A DNA stretch of 63,608 nt, the filler included, from Sluysia triapertura (lineage: Eukaryota): assembly GCA_046118255.1 (NCBI GenBank). It is 4 parts of 4 records of this genome, joined end to end, with 100 filler letters (N's around TTAATTAATTAA, not from the genome) between each part and the next. Parts side by side here need not be neighbours in the genome. Positions count along the whole stretch, not along the records: positions 1 to 21,112 come from JBJNIA010001120.1; positions 21,213 to 40,070 come from JBJNIA010114196.1; 2 more parts are not named here. The stretch is one strand, 5' to 3'. How positions within the stretch are numbered: the stretch's first letter is position 1; the number at the start of each line of letters is the position of its first letter. The position numbers and the translations under genes are program-made. The notes below the pieces were generated by a model, which saw nothing but the letters and a program-made list of their open reading frames with translations, was not told where the DNA came from and searched no databases. Below, in pieces: positions 12,413 through 26,000 of this stretch.

Positions 12413-14808
12413 AATAATCTTTTATAGTACATAGTACATAGGCGTCAATGATGTTGTTCAACGATATCAATATGTATATTATTTATATATTTATTAAGTG
12501 TATTAGATTTCTAAAAATAATATTTAATCAATAATTTCTAACTAATTTTTAATATGTAATTAATTTAATAAAATAATTTGATTTTTAAAAATAAAATTAA
12601 ATAAAGAATTTTAAAAAATTTATTAAAAAGATTTATATGCATTTTGTTTTAGAATCAATTTTAAAAACTTATCTAATTCTGTTTTATTTTTGGTAACATT
12701 TTAAATTTGTTTTAGTGGTGAGAAAACATATAAAATACAAAATTTACAACAAAAATCATAATTACTAAGCATAAGAAGTTTTATAATTCTACGACAAGGT
12801 GACTCATCAATTATAATTTATTCGGACAACTATTTGGTAAAGCATAAGCATAAACTACCTGAAATTTTTTCTGTAATTCGACGACAATTCTCCAAGAGAT
12901 TAAATTTATATAGTTTGTTAGTTTAAATTTATATAGGTTTGTCAAGAATTTAAATTCTTGTAAAATGCACTCAAAATCTTTTATAAATTAAATTATCAAC
13001 CTTTTAAGAAGGCTGTTGTAAAATAACTATAAATTGATTAAGTTTAGTTCAGATTAATAACTAGGAACCTTAAGACATAAAGATACCTTATGTCAGTTGT
13101 TCATCTGTACCACAAACAGTGAGGCACAATTCTCATATATGTTGAGTGCTTAAAATGAAAACTATGAACTATAAGAATCAACACAAAGTATTTGTACTAA
13201 AATTTAATTATAGAATTAATCATTTGTATTTATTAAATTAAAATTAATTATACAAAAATAAATTTGATGTGAGTCGTTATTATTTTTTGTTATATAAATA
13301 GTTTACATAAATATATAGCATTTATTTTCTTATATTTTTAATACACAATAATGATTAAAACATAATGAAAATAATTACTAATTGTTTGCTCTCTCTTGAG
13401 CTTGTTAATTTCTGAATAAATATGAAATATATTATTTTAAATAATATTTTTAATTTGTGGATTATAGTGCAGTGCGAGAAATATTTTAAGATTTTTCTTT
13501 TGCCTAAGCTAGTGTTTATTGTCTTAATTTATGAATGAGGTTACATTTAATTAATTATTACATTTTCTAAATCTTCAATAAGTGCGATATTTGTTGAATA
13601 AGTATTCTTCTAATAGAAGTAACTATAATAATTTGGCTACCATTCACTGCATACGACACTTATAGAATTTTAGAAAGTTACATTCTGGAAAATAACGAAA
13701 ATAAACGTAGTTGTAAGATATTGGATGAAAAAAAAATAAAAATGTGAATTAAGTGCCATATGAAATCGAAATAGTTAAAAAGAAAAATGAATCAACATAA
13801 CAATATTATAATTTATCAAGAAACAATTACAAAAACAAATAACTTGCTATTTTCAGTAAGGAAAATCGTGAACAAAAGAAAATATCTTACTCAATTAAAT
13901 ACAAAATAAAACAAGGTATGAAATTAGATATAATTGTAAAGAAAATAAAAATGTTTAGGCATTAATTTTTATACCCAGATTCGAAGTAATATATTTTTCT
14001 GAATAAACAAATCAAAAAACCTATAATGACTAGTCAAAAATGCAAACTTCAGTGAAGAAAAACCATATATAGATGTTCTAAATTGTAAATATTTTGTAAT
14101 TTCTTTTTTGATACATAAAAACGAAAACTATAACAACAGTAATAAATCATTTAAAAAATAAAGAAAATTTGCTTGTTATGTATTTTATACTGTACTATAA
14201 TCCTGACAATGGAAACTAAACATACAAATAAACTCTGACGCGATCTGACAAACTAAATGAACAAAACAAAATAATAATTATTATTGTAAAAATTTATACT
14301 TATAATTATAAATATACATATATTTTTTGTTAGATATGTCACGTACTTAAAAAATCCTTTTTGGTATTAAACATAAGAAATGAGAAAATTATTCATTGTA
14401 AACTTTATTCGATGTAATATCACACAAATAAAAACAATCTCTTCACTTAAAAATGTTGTGTATTATAGTTCAGATTAACCAATTAAAACTGTTTACTCAA
14501 AATAGAAGTAATCAATCACATCAACATGAAGAACAGATATTTGACGACACAAATACAAACTTCGACCTACGAGATAACTTGTAGTTTGTAGCGAATTGGT
14601 TAATATAGTTTATCATGATTTGACATATAATGTTGCACACTGACAGATGCAGTATTATTTCCATGTTAATCTGTAGAAATAAATGTAAATGTTCGTTTGT
14701 TCAAAAGCTTAAATCTTCGAACGTTCTTCATCAATTGTTTTAAAATTTTAAAATTGTTTTATATACATGCTACTATAATAATAATTGTTGTGTATACATG
14801 CTACTGCG

Positions 14809-14809
<1 letters not shown>

Positions 14810-14861
<52 letters not shown>
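14810..14861. repeat. (AAT)n microsatellite
   Basis: Perfect trinucleotide run. Confidence 0.99.
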
Positions 14862-14862
<1 letters not shown>

Positions 14863-16069
14863 GAAACAATTATAATAAATCTGCGTTCATAAAATCAAGT
14901 CCGGCTATCTGATTGTGTTGCTAAACCAATGAAATATGAAGTAGCTACATTAGGTGCCAATTCATACTTAAAATTTTTGTTATTTTGCACAAATTCATAA
15001 TAAGGAATTCTTTAAAAGTAGATTCTGATACGATGTACATTCACATATGAACAATTTCTCAATATTAACCTTTATATTTCTTGTTAGTGTAATTATACAT
15101 TACGATATTTTACATACTATTTTTGAATAATAAATTTTTTCTGTTCCATTTTAGCAATTAATTTATAATGAAATTTATTACATAGACAATTTCTTTACAT
15201 AATTAGTAATTTTTATTCAATATTAAAATTATAGCCTATTTGTTAGATCATATTATAAATTGTCAATTTGTTTTTTATTCATTACGATTTTAGTAACATC
15301 AAAGGTCATTGTACTTCTTTTAAATCGAGTCTTTTTAGTCTTGCTATTTAAGTATGGGAATTTTATTTTATTTTATGACAATTAGACATTTGTTTCTAAA
15401 TTATAATTTAGATTATATTTCTTAATATTTTAAATAATTTTATCACTACATTCTATTATCTCAATAATAATAAATTATGCCACAAAATTACTTGCAACTC
15501 TTCATTTAATTCAGACTAAATAAACATAAATAATGATAAACAAATATAAATAATTCAATTGGTCGACAAAAATATAATTTACTGACTTTATGCGGTTCTC
15601 GTTTCTAAATAAACAATGAGTATACAAGTGGTTAAAAATCGATTAAACTAACAGGATTGTGTAACTTTTCAAAATTCTAAATTAATAATAAATGATAAAT
15701 TTTACATGCAAAACTTTTCGGACATTTCTATTTAATAATGAACAAATCTGAAGATATATTTAAATGCCGTATTTCTAGAAAGGAAACTTTTTCTAGAATT
15801 TCAGTCTTCATAAACTTATAAAATTTCACAATCACTAGTGATAGTGCTTAAGGAACGATTAGCATTAATGTCGTCTGTAGCTGATAAAGTATCATACCCA
15901 TCACGTAAAATAATTTCTTTGTCATTATTATTGGGAACTATCAGTACAATTTTTACAATTAGTCAATCAATTCCATTCGAATTTTCATCGTGGTAATTTA
16001 ATCTCATTCGGATGTTTCGATATTTGTTGGAAAATTGATTACAGCAGCAAGGAATTTGAAAATCTTGTT

Positions 16070-16214
16070 ACAAGTACATGCGCAAAGTAATTTGTTGTTG
16101 TTAAGTTTAATATTAATTCTAATTAAGAGAATTAATATTTTAAAATCTACTAAAATTATATTTTTGTTAGCAATCTAATTCATAAGGTTCCCCGATATAT
16201 TGAGGGGTAAAATC
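16070..16214. repeat. Inverted partial copy of the hairpin-ended repeat
   Basis: CCCCGATATATTGAGGGGTAAAATC plus about 120 bp similar to the reverse complement of 49300-49430. Confidence 0.7.
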
Positions 16215-18299
16215 AACGTAACTTATTATTTATAACTATTAAATACTAGAATTAGTTTTAATATTAAAATTTTATTATCTATCATCTTTTGTTCACTAAT
16301 TCTATCATTATTTGATATATTTTGTAATTTTATTTTTTAAAGAATAAAATTTGTATAGTTTTTTGTGAATTTGCCTAGTTTTTGATTGACCCTCGTAAGG
16401 TAAGGCTAAGGTTTTAGTTAAATTAATTCGTTTAACTTATTAGTTGTAGGAATGCCAACGAGACGTTGTAAGACACTTACTGCAACCGAACCCTGCTTAA
16501 TTTTTTCTAAGTTTTTCTATAATAGTTAAGTTAAAATTCCAGCAATTATATAAACAAAATAAAACAGTTATTAATAATAATAATGAAAATAAAATAATAA
16601 GTATAACAATAAATTATAAATGTTTTCATGAAAAGTTGAATGGTGTGAATAAAAATTAGAAATAATATCTAGAATATATTTCGGTTTTTTAAAAAAATTG
16701 ATAAAATCTTATATAAAAATATGTAAACATAAAATTCTATCTTTAACAATTTTTAAACTCTTTTATTAATCTTGACCGTTAAATACTTCACTAATTTTTT
16801 CCGATAATTCTTTATTAAATACAGTAAGTATTTCTTTCTAACAAACCGATACGAAAGATATTCTATTTAAGTTACTTACGTTTTAAGTTTTATTAGAGAA
16901 CTTCAATTTCCTCTCATCATGTGCTCAGGAAGCTTGGTTTACGAAAAATAAATGACATCAAAATTATATTTGATATTTGAATTAAAAGTATAAAAACATT
17001 TTGAATTAATTAAAACGTAGCTTAACATTGAGTCTCGATAACCTCTGAGGTATTTATCGGACTAAATGGTGTCGATGATAGTAACAGTAATAATGATAAT
17101 GATAATGATAACAATTAGATTAAATTTATTTAAATTTTTTTATAAAGTTTAATGTTTAATAACGTTATTAATTGAAAGGTATAATTTAGAGTTATTTAAG
17201 ATATTCATAAATTTACTACTTTAAAAATTAGTGTTTGGTAATGGAGATAAGGGAAGTTTAAGATGAATTTTTTAATGAATTTTTTGTAATTAGTGAAGAT
17301 GACATAATATAATCGTGGTGAATTAGGAACCCTCAGATTATAGAACTAAAATGACGATAACGATTAAAAGTTATTATTACAGTTTATATTAGTTTAAATT
17401 TTTATTTTTTTAATTTCTAAATTTTTGAGGTGCCCACAGTTAAGGTCTTAAGCCATTCATTATAGGCGAATCCATTAAATCTCTAATTTGTAGAGTAAGT
17501 TTGTAACAAATCTTTATAATAAAACACTAGTGCAATGTTCCGTTTTAATTAAAGCAATAAATTATTAAATATATTAATAAATTTTTTATTTCATATACAT
17601 AAAAATATAATAAAATAAATGTGAAATAAAATAAGATACAACAGAATGAAATTAGCAAAATAATACGTCATTATATTGCAGTAACTACAGAAAGTAAAGT
17701 TTTGGAAGACTGTTTATTTGATTGGGTTTTAAAAAATTCATATGACAACTAGTAAGAAAATTTAGTAATTGATTATTGGATTTGGTTAGGTTATTTCGAT
17801 TATTGGTTATTATATTTGGCTCTTATTTAGAACATTCACTTATAGAATGATGTCAAACGATTGTTTGAATTATGATATATGTAGTATTCCAATTAAAAAG
17901 TAAAATTAATTAAATTAAATTAAAACATTTAATTTTCTTCTAAATTTAATTAATAAATTATTTAGTTTTCTGACTTATAAAGAGAAATTTTTTGAATTTT
18001 GATTAATATTTCAGATAGATTCATAACATAAGAAACGTTAGAATTTCGAATTCATATTCGACTTGACATATTTAAAGTTCACGAGTGAAAACTCATTAAT
18101 TTTGTTAACATTTATAAATGTTAGTTTTAAATATTTTAATAATTATCAAGTTAATTAAATGAAGAAAAGTTAACTGTAGGTGGCAAGACACTAGATGCGA
18201 AACAAAAAGTATGAAATATTGGTTGTTATATGGATTCCAAAATGAACATGGAGGAAAATATTGATTTTGATTGTTAAAACGTGTAAATATCACATATTC

Positions 18300-18750
18300 G
18301 AAAATTTATTAATAAAGAAACAACTAAACTTATTGTTCATTCATTGATAACTAGTAACATAAATTTTAACAATGGTTTATTGTTCTCAATTTCAGATAGA
18401 AAAATGAAAAAGTTACAATTAATAATTAATCAAGCAGCCAGACTAATTCTACAAGTTGGAAGATCTCATGTAACGCTTTATCTTAAAGAATTACATTGGT
18501 TGACAAAGAAAGGAAGAATATAATTTAAAATCATGACAAATGCTGAATATCTTTTAGAAATAATGCGGAAATTGGAAACCAAGATGAATATTTCATTGAG
18601 ACAATAATAATCTATACATAATTCACAGTGATAACAAGCTAGGTGGTAGGTTGTATACTGTTTATGTCTCAAAAATATACAACCAGTTACCAGAGAATGT
18701 CAAATTGCTGGAAGATTATGAAATATTTAATATATTATTATTATTACGCG
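18300..18750 (+). mobile_element. L2-clade LINE 3' end, copy 1
   Basis: KKLQLIINQAARLI...RSHVTLYLKELHWL...YNQLPENVK; clearly homologous to 60268-60800, with internal deletions. Confidence 0.85.
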
Positions 18751-19723
18751 TAAATTAGTTTAATATCCACTAAGCTAATGGATTTTCTAATAAAATTAAT
18801 TGATTTTAGTAAATTGTTTTTTTTAGAAAATAAATTAATGGATTATGCATTTAATGATATTAATAAAAATAGATAAGTTAATGTTTATTAAAATAGTGGA
18901 TATTCAAATTAAATAATTACAAATTAATGAATGTTTTATTTAAATTATTTATTAATTAATAAAACATTGGTGAAATTTGAATATAATAACAGTAACAAAG
19001 AAATTAAGAGCAAAGTCATAAATACAACTATAATATTGAGAGAAATATTGGAAAACAATTGACTGATACTTTCGATTGAGTCAAATCAGTATTAGAAGAC
19101 ATTATCGTCAGTGTAATTTTATTTGCAAAGCAATTAACAATTAATTAATTAATCGTGCGGTCGTAATTACTCACGTTGATTTTTTATTTTTCGTTGAAGA
19201 AAATTTATACGTTTTTATGTTAAGTTTTCCTCTTGTTTAATTGATTGGGGCTAGTTTAAAGCTAGCTTTAAAATCCCAGTTAAAATATCAATATTTATAT
19301 TACTATTTTTTTATATTTTATTTTACTTTATAAAAAAGTTATCATAACATTCATTATGATAGAATTTTTAATAAAGAAATAATTTTTCACCTAATATTTA
19401 AGTATAAAAGAATAATATATAAGGTAGATAATTGCAACGTCAGTTATAGTAAATAGTAAGACATTATAAGGAATATATTTAATATTTTCTTATTGATTAA
19501 ATGCATATTAACCAATTTCTTCCGGGTCATTCAATCACAATGGAAATAAACTATTGTCGTAGCCAAAGCTATTACCATTGATTTCATAGTATCAGAAACA
19601 TGTCAAAATGCATTCAACACCTAGTATAACTCTCTAAGCATTTCACTTATCAACACATTTCATTACTTTAACTCCAACATAAAATTTTATCCATCATTGT
19701 TGGTATTGTTAGACTTCATAAAA

Positions 19724-19786
19724 TGGACTGACCGAGAATCGAACCCGAGACCTCTCACTGATACTCTATCACTGAACTATCAGCCC
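19724..19786 (-). repeat. tRNA-derived sequence (SINE head or tRNA pseudogene), copy 1
   Basis: GGGCTGA...TCAGTCC-A acceptor stem, A box TAGTTCAGTGATAGAG, B box GGTTCGATTC; anticodon arm deleted. Confidence 0.75.
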
Positions 19787-20619
19787 CATTTAACAATTTT
19801 AGTCAATATTACTATCATGGCACATTAGACCTTTTATCCCAACATTATCATTATTGTCATCATTAGTGTGAAATTATTAATATGAACCTTTTTATTTGTC
19901 GTACCTTATTATTAAGCAATTATTACAATAGCATGAAATACATTACCAATAATATATTAACATGGTATAATCATCAACATTCTCTTAGCTCTTTTCCATT
20001 AGTAGAATTACCTCACTAATTTATAAACGTGAAATGAAAAAAGAATTATGAAGTCAATAATAAAATTATTTGTAGCAATTGCATGTTTTTTGAAACTTAC
20101 AATATGATTTTGATTTCTCTTTCTAAAAGATTATAATGGATCCAATTAAAAATTATTAATTCATATCATTTAATACATTTGAACTGTATATGTTGTTACA
20201 TTAGGATGCTTTATTATGACTTTGATGCATTGGGTGTACTCGAGAAAAAGAAAAAAAATATATGAATCTAAGAAACTAAATAATAAATTATTTTTTACCA
20301 TTTTTTTGTTTAGAGTGTAAACTTATACTGATATTTGATTTCGAAATTATTTTTATACCAAATTTTAAACAAATTTGATTTTTGCTTTTGCTATTACTTA
20401 ATTTCATTAATTTAATAAATAATTTTTGTTTAAATTTTCTTAACGAAATATATGTATACTCTATTTCAAAAGCGAATATGATATACTAGTGTTACACTAG
20501 TCTTTGAAAATTATTAATTACTATAATTCAAGTAGCTTAAGAAGAATCTCAATTATCCAATTACTTCCTAAATTAAGTATAAGTTTATTCATTTATACTC
20601 TAATAACAATAAATGTTCA

Positions 20620-21112
20620 CCCAAAATTAAGCTCTTGAAAATCAAACAATAACAAAACAATAATTTACTGTTAAACAAAAATCAAAGTACAAATTATTAT
20701 TATGAATCTCCACTAAACAATACTAAAAATGACAAAATTATCAATAACGTTTATAATAATATTAAGGATACTACAATCTAACTAAAGAAATCAGGAGTGA
20801 CGCAAAGACACCAACAATATCAATATCTAGAAAGTTAATAATAATGATGCTGCTTAAATATTTTTAGATAAAGATTAAAAAAAATAATAATAATCATGTA
20901 ACAATATTAAAATAATAAAACAATAAAATAATAAAATGTCCCTACCAAAAGCAAGGATCTTCTTACTTCTGCAAATATTCTTGTGTCCTGTTATTGTGTG
21001 ATTAAACTGAAAAAATTTTAAAATTTTATTTTATACTCTCATCATCCAATCAATTCACAATCTCACAACCAAACACTCTCTCACACAAATCATCCTAACC
21101 TCTTTGAGAATC
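20620..21112 (+). repeat. Dispersed repeat, homologous to 27980-28671
   Basis: Shared blocks (AGTGACGCAA, GGATCTTCT); the last ~55 bp are identical to about 28617-28671. Confidence 0.8.
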
Positions 21113-21212
21113 NNNNNNNNNNNNNNNNNNNNNNNNNNNNNNNNNNNNNNNNNNNNTTAATTAATTAANNNNNNNNNNNNNNNNNNNNNNNNNNNNNNNN
21201 NNNNNNNNNNNN
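21113..21212. other. Artificial contig linker 44N-TTAATTAATTAA-44N
   Basis: Identical 100-bp construct occurs three times; the 12-mer has stops in all six frames. Confidence 0.95.
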
Positions 21213-21829
21213 AACATTTTACTGTTCATTATTCTTGCTCTAGAAATATTTAATTATGTTTATATTATCATATTTCAGATATTTTATATAATTTTTCTTA
21301 TATATTTTAAATTCTATACACTAACTGGACAATCCCAACACATTTATCGCGTGCATATTACCTTCACATAAAAGTATGAGAGGTGTAAAGATGCTTACTG
21401 TTTTATTTCGCCAATAGTAGCTTACTTCCTTAAGTAAAATTTTTGACTCTAAACAATATGGTTTAAGAAAATGTACATTATTTTGCAAAAGTATTTTAAT
21501 ATTTCTTCACTATTACTAATACCATCAATTGGTATTACATTTACATTTTGTACTCTTAGTATTAATTAATTGTCTGAGAATTGACATCTTCAATCTTATC
21601 AACATCCACTATCAATTACTTTTTTTCGTTTTATTTTTGATTACTGCCTTTTGTTAGTGAAAAATCTACTTGTACCAATTTTATCATCTTATTATTTCTT
21701 TTAGATTTTTATTCACTTCATTCAATCTGACTATATAATAATTGTGAAACTGGACTTTTATTTCCTGAGTTATTTCTGCTTCTGTTATTATTATTATTAA
21801 ATAAATTTCGAAACCAACAATTATAATTA

Positions 21830-22170
21830 TTATGGCCTGTTTTCATACAAATAGCGCACGATTCATTTGTAAATCGTACTAATTTCGTCTATAAGTGGTG
21901 CATTTATTCCTAAAGTATTTTATATTATTCTCACTATAATTATATACATTCTTTAAATTACTGTTAAAACGTATATCATCAGAAAAATTATTATATTTAA
22001 AATTATTTTGATTATTCGAAAACAAATTTGTTCATCAATGCAAGTACAAATTACAAGCTCAATGGTCATCAAATGAGATTGGTGAGTAATTCCTGTTTTA
22101 CTTTCTAAATTTGACGCTTTTTGTAGAAAGTCTAACATAAGAAGTTGTGTCTTTTGCACACATCAATAAA
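21830..22170 (-). mobile_element. Possible SWIM-finger MULE-like transposase remnant
   Basis: IELVICTCIDEQIC resembles the SWIM CxC...CxH motif; otherwise decayed. Confidence 0.25.
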
Positions 22171-22719
22171 TGTTTTTAGTAATTAATACAATTTTTGTTC
22201 GTGTGTAAAACTTAGCCAAGTCTTATTTGCTAATTGCTTAAAATGAAATAAAATTGTGACAGTTTTTTTAGTACATTGTATTCTGTTTCGAAAGTTTTAA
22301 AATTAACTTTTAGAATCTTTAGGTGACAAATGATTTCTAAAATCACTAATTAAATTTTTTATTGTTTTTTTTATAGTCAAATAAGCCTCAGTTGTGTGAA
22401 GCAGAAAACGTTTACATTGAGCTTCCTCATTGTATAAAGTTGATAAAGTTGATACCATCAAATTATTCTAGCGGGAGAACAAGGGATCATAATGGCTCAA
22501 CATTCATTTCCGTTTCCTTGTAAATCTGGAATTACATTCTTATTTTTTGATTAAACAAATTTATATCGTTATAATAAAACTTTACCGGGACACCATATTG
22601 TGCTTTTATTCAAAATTACCAACGATAACTAAACAATTAAATTAACTATCACAAAAGGAACAAATTATTGATTATATTTTAATAATAATATATAAATTCA
22701 AAGTTATAAATCACTGTCT

Positions 22720-23070
22720 GCATCCAATTAAATCAATAAAGAAAAATCTATGGTTGACAAATACATAATTTGGCGCTCGTTGTTGATAAAATCATCTCAT
22801 TATGGCTCAACAACTTTCCTGAATCTCGAAACGCCATGAAAATTGTGAACAACGATCAATCTCAAACTATAACAGCCAGCCAGTCTTCAGAAAACTTACT
22901 TTTAAGAATTGCAGCGTTAACAAAACAAGAATAGTGACATTCAATTCAAAAAATGACATTTCTCGAAAAAGAACAAATAACACCATTAATAACAATAATC
23001 CTAAGCGTTTCAATGGAATCCGCTACTAACATAACAATGCTGTCAGGACATTTCAGATATATCACAACAT
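22720..23070 (+). mobile_element. Ty3/Gypsy gag C-terminal remnant
   Basis: NLALVVDKI...LLLRIAALTKQ...SRKR...GIRY*H..AVRT follows the LA..AD.I / coiled coil / SRSR / CYYH pattern. Confidence 0.45.
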
Positions 23071-26000
23071 AAAAATGAAAAGATTTCTTAATATGTGTAA
23101 GGATGCAAAATGTGAAAGTAAGTGATGACAAAAAAATGTTATTAAATTGAGTTTTGGTTCTTGTATGTTTGAATGTAAAGTTTGTTGTTGGGTTGAATTA
23201 ACCACTTAAACTATTATTGATTAATAGGTATTATTGATTAATAGAATAAAGCTAATTTTTGAAAATTTTAATAGACAGTTATTTTCCAAATAAATCAATA
23301 AAAATAATTAATTCTCAGAACTTTATAATAAAGTACTAAAAGATTATAATTGTAAAGAATTTATAAAACAAATTATCAATTATAATTTAAATAATATTTC
23401 AATTATACATTAAATATAATATTTTTCAATAAATCAATTTAAACCCTAATAGAGAGAGACATTTCCTTTTTATTATCGTTTTGATAATTTGTTAGAAATT
23501 TGTTTGAATTCACCAAGAAAAGCATTTATATGAACTGAATTTTATTGAGTACAACCATGATTTTTATATTCCACTGATTACTTTTACTGTTCGAAAATAT
23601 TTAATTAGAAAATCGTTTTATTGAACTAAAAATACATTTATAAATACAATTTGTGAAGTAAATCTATAATTATTTTTGTACATAATATTAAGCCGATTTG
23701 TGCTATTTAAAAAAATTAGTAGATAAATTTAACTTTTATTTTTCATAATTAAGAAAATTATTTACAATATTGTTTTGGCTTTAATGTATAATTTGCTTAT
23801 AATAATAATTCTTCTTTTGCCAAATAATCAAAATTATTATTTATGGATTCTTTTGAAATATAGATTCATTGTTATTATCAGATTTGTAGTTTAAATTAAA
23901 ACATTAATTTTTTACTATTTACAAATTATACTTAAGATACATTTAATATTTTAAAAATAACTTTATTATTCCTATATAATATAAATACAATATCATTTTA
24001 GTAAAACTAAAAGTAATATATCACTTCATTGTTTTTCCAATTATGATACGCATCTTAGATTCAGTTTTATGTCTCTTCGGATATAATCTGACATTTTCAT
24101 TGGTAAAGCTATTTAGATTGCTGTCGAAGTTGATTCTACAAATATAGTACTTCCTTTTGTGTATTGTAGTTTAATATTAAACGATTTTATATATTTATAT
24201 TTTAATAATCTATATACCATTTTATTTGCTAAAATTTTAAGAACTAAATAAAGAAACAAAAATTGAATTAATGAAATAGATATTAAAACAATTATACAAA
24301 AGAAAGTTGTCTTCTTATACCGACGAACACGCATCTTTAAAATGCAAAAAGGTTGCACAAATGGTGCTTATAAGAAATCCTCATTTTGGTGTTAAAACAT
24401 AATATTTGTTATTTGATTTTATATTAGTTGATTCTTCTGTTGATATACGATTACAGTTGAAATATTTTAAATTAGGGCAAACTACTAATTTATTATGATA
24501 CGAAATTAATAAATTTAATTTTGAATTTACTTTAAAAAAATATATTATTCAGAAGATAATTTACACAAAAGCAAAGTTTTATTAATACATACACGAAATC
24601 TAAATAGTTTTGTAAGTAATATAAAATATTTTTGGTCTATTCTTACGTTGTCTACATTTTCTTATATTGTAGAACAGTTTGGTTGCGGAATTCTAAAGGA
24701 AAAATTGTAACTGTAAAAATTATGATCATTAATATATAGAATATTAGGATTACTTTAAGTGAAAGTTTCTTGACTAAATGATAGTTGTTATCTTCGAACT
24801 GAATAGGATCTTGAAAAACGTTCTGTTTAGTTTATTGCCACAATGACTGGAGCGTAATGACGTTAATAGATTATACGCTTGTTTGTATTGATTAATTACT
24901 TGTTTATTACAGTTCATTTGGTAGATATTGTGGCAATATGGACAGGATGTGCGGAATTTTATGCAAACTCCAAATTCATCTAACTGTAATGGACATTGTC
25001 ATGTACATTTCCGTTTGAATGAAGTAACATGAGACTTTACCAGTTCTTAAATATTTTGTTTTGATTTCTCATGGTCATTTTGACATATCGTTTATCATTA
25101 GTAATTGGGTAACATTTTTAAAATACGCAGATTTCTTATACGAAGTACAATGATGTATACTCTCACGTTCAGACATCTTTTCGGAATCTTGTAGTTGTAG
25201 AAGATAAATAGGAATAGTGTAAAATTGACTTCTGAAGTTCAAGAACTTTCTAACTAAAAATATAGTATGTGTTTTGACAGGTTCAATTGATATCAATATT
25301 GAGAGTTAGGTCTTTTAAGTTCTTATTCATCATGCATGCAGGAATTGTCACTTAAAATTGTTATGTGACTACGTCTAAGAAATAGGAGTGATGAAATCGT
25401 TGAATCGTAATTTTTATTAAGTGGACATGTATTACTCTTTAAATAATTAAATTCAGAAAGTATAACTAATAAATCATTATCATTACTAGTACCATATTCA
25501 TGGGGTGAAAGATATCTTACTTGATCTGACTTTGAGAACAAAAAATACAGTAATTTATTATGAATTTCACTTATATCTAAGATGGTAGAAGACATATATT
25601 TCGAGTCATTGTCATTCGGAAACAGATTTTTAATTGCTAATAAGTTAAACGTTATTGTAGAATTATAAAAGTTTGTTCCATTTAGGTGTGTCAATATATT
25701 GTTTATTCCTATTATATGAGCAACAAATTGAAATTTCATTACAGGACACATTACGAACTTTTACATGTTTACCTTCTACTTCATTATTACATTGATTTAT
25801 ATTCTTCGATAAATTATCGTGTTTCTTAAATTTAGAGTCATTAATAAATCGTATATAAATTTGATTCATTGAAGCTTATCTCTATATGATAATTTATATT
25901 TATATTAAAAGGAAAGATAATAATATAAGAAGTCAATATTTTAAATTATATAAAATTCTATTATAATAAATTAGCTGTTATAATCTATTTGTTTTCTGAT

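Noticed and set aside
14697-14912. Poly-Asn ORF
   Set aside because: Translation of an (AAT)n microsatellite.
21058-21112. Perfect ~55-bp identity with about 28617-28671 as gene conversion
   Set aside because: Sits exactly at a contig end; a collapsed repeat is the simpler explanation.
21157-21168. Recurrent TTAATTAATTAA palindrome inside N runs
   Set aside because: Identical 100-bp construct three times; an assembly linker, not biology.
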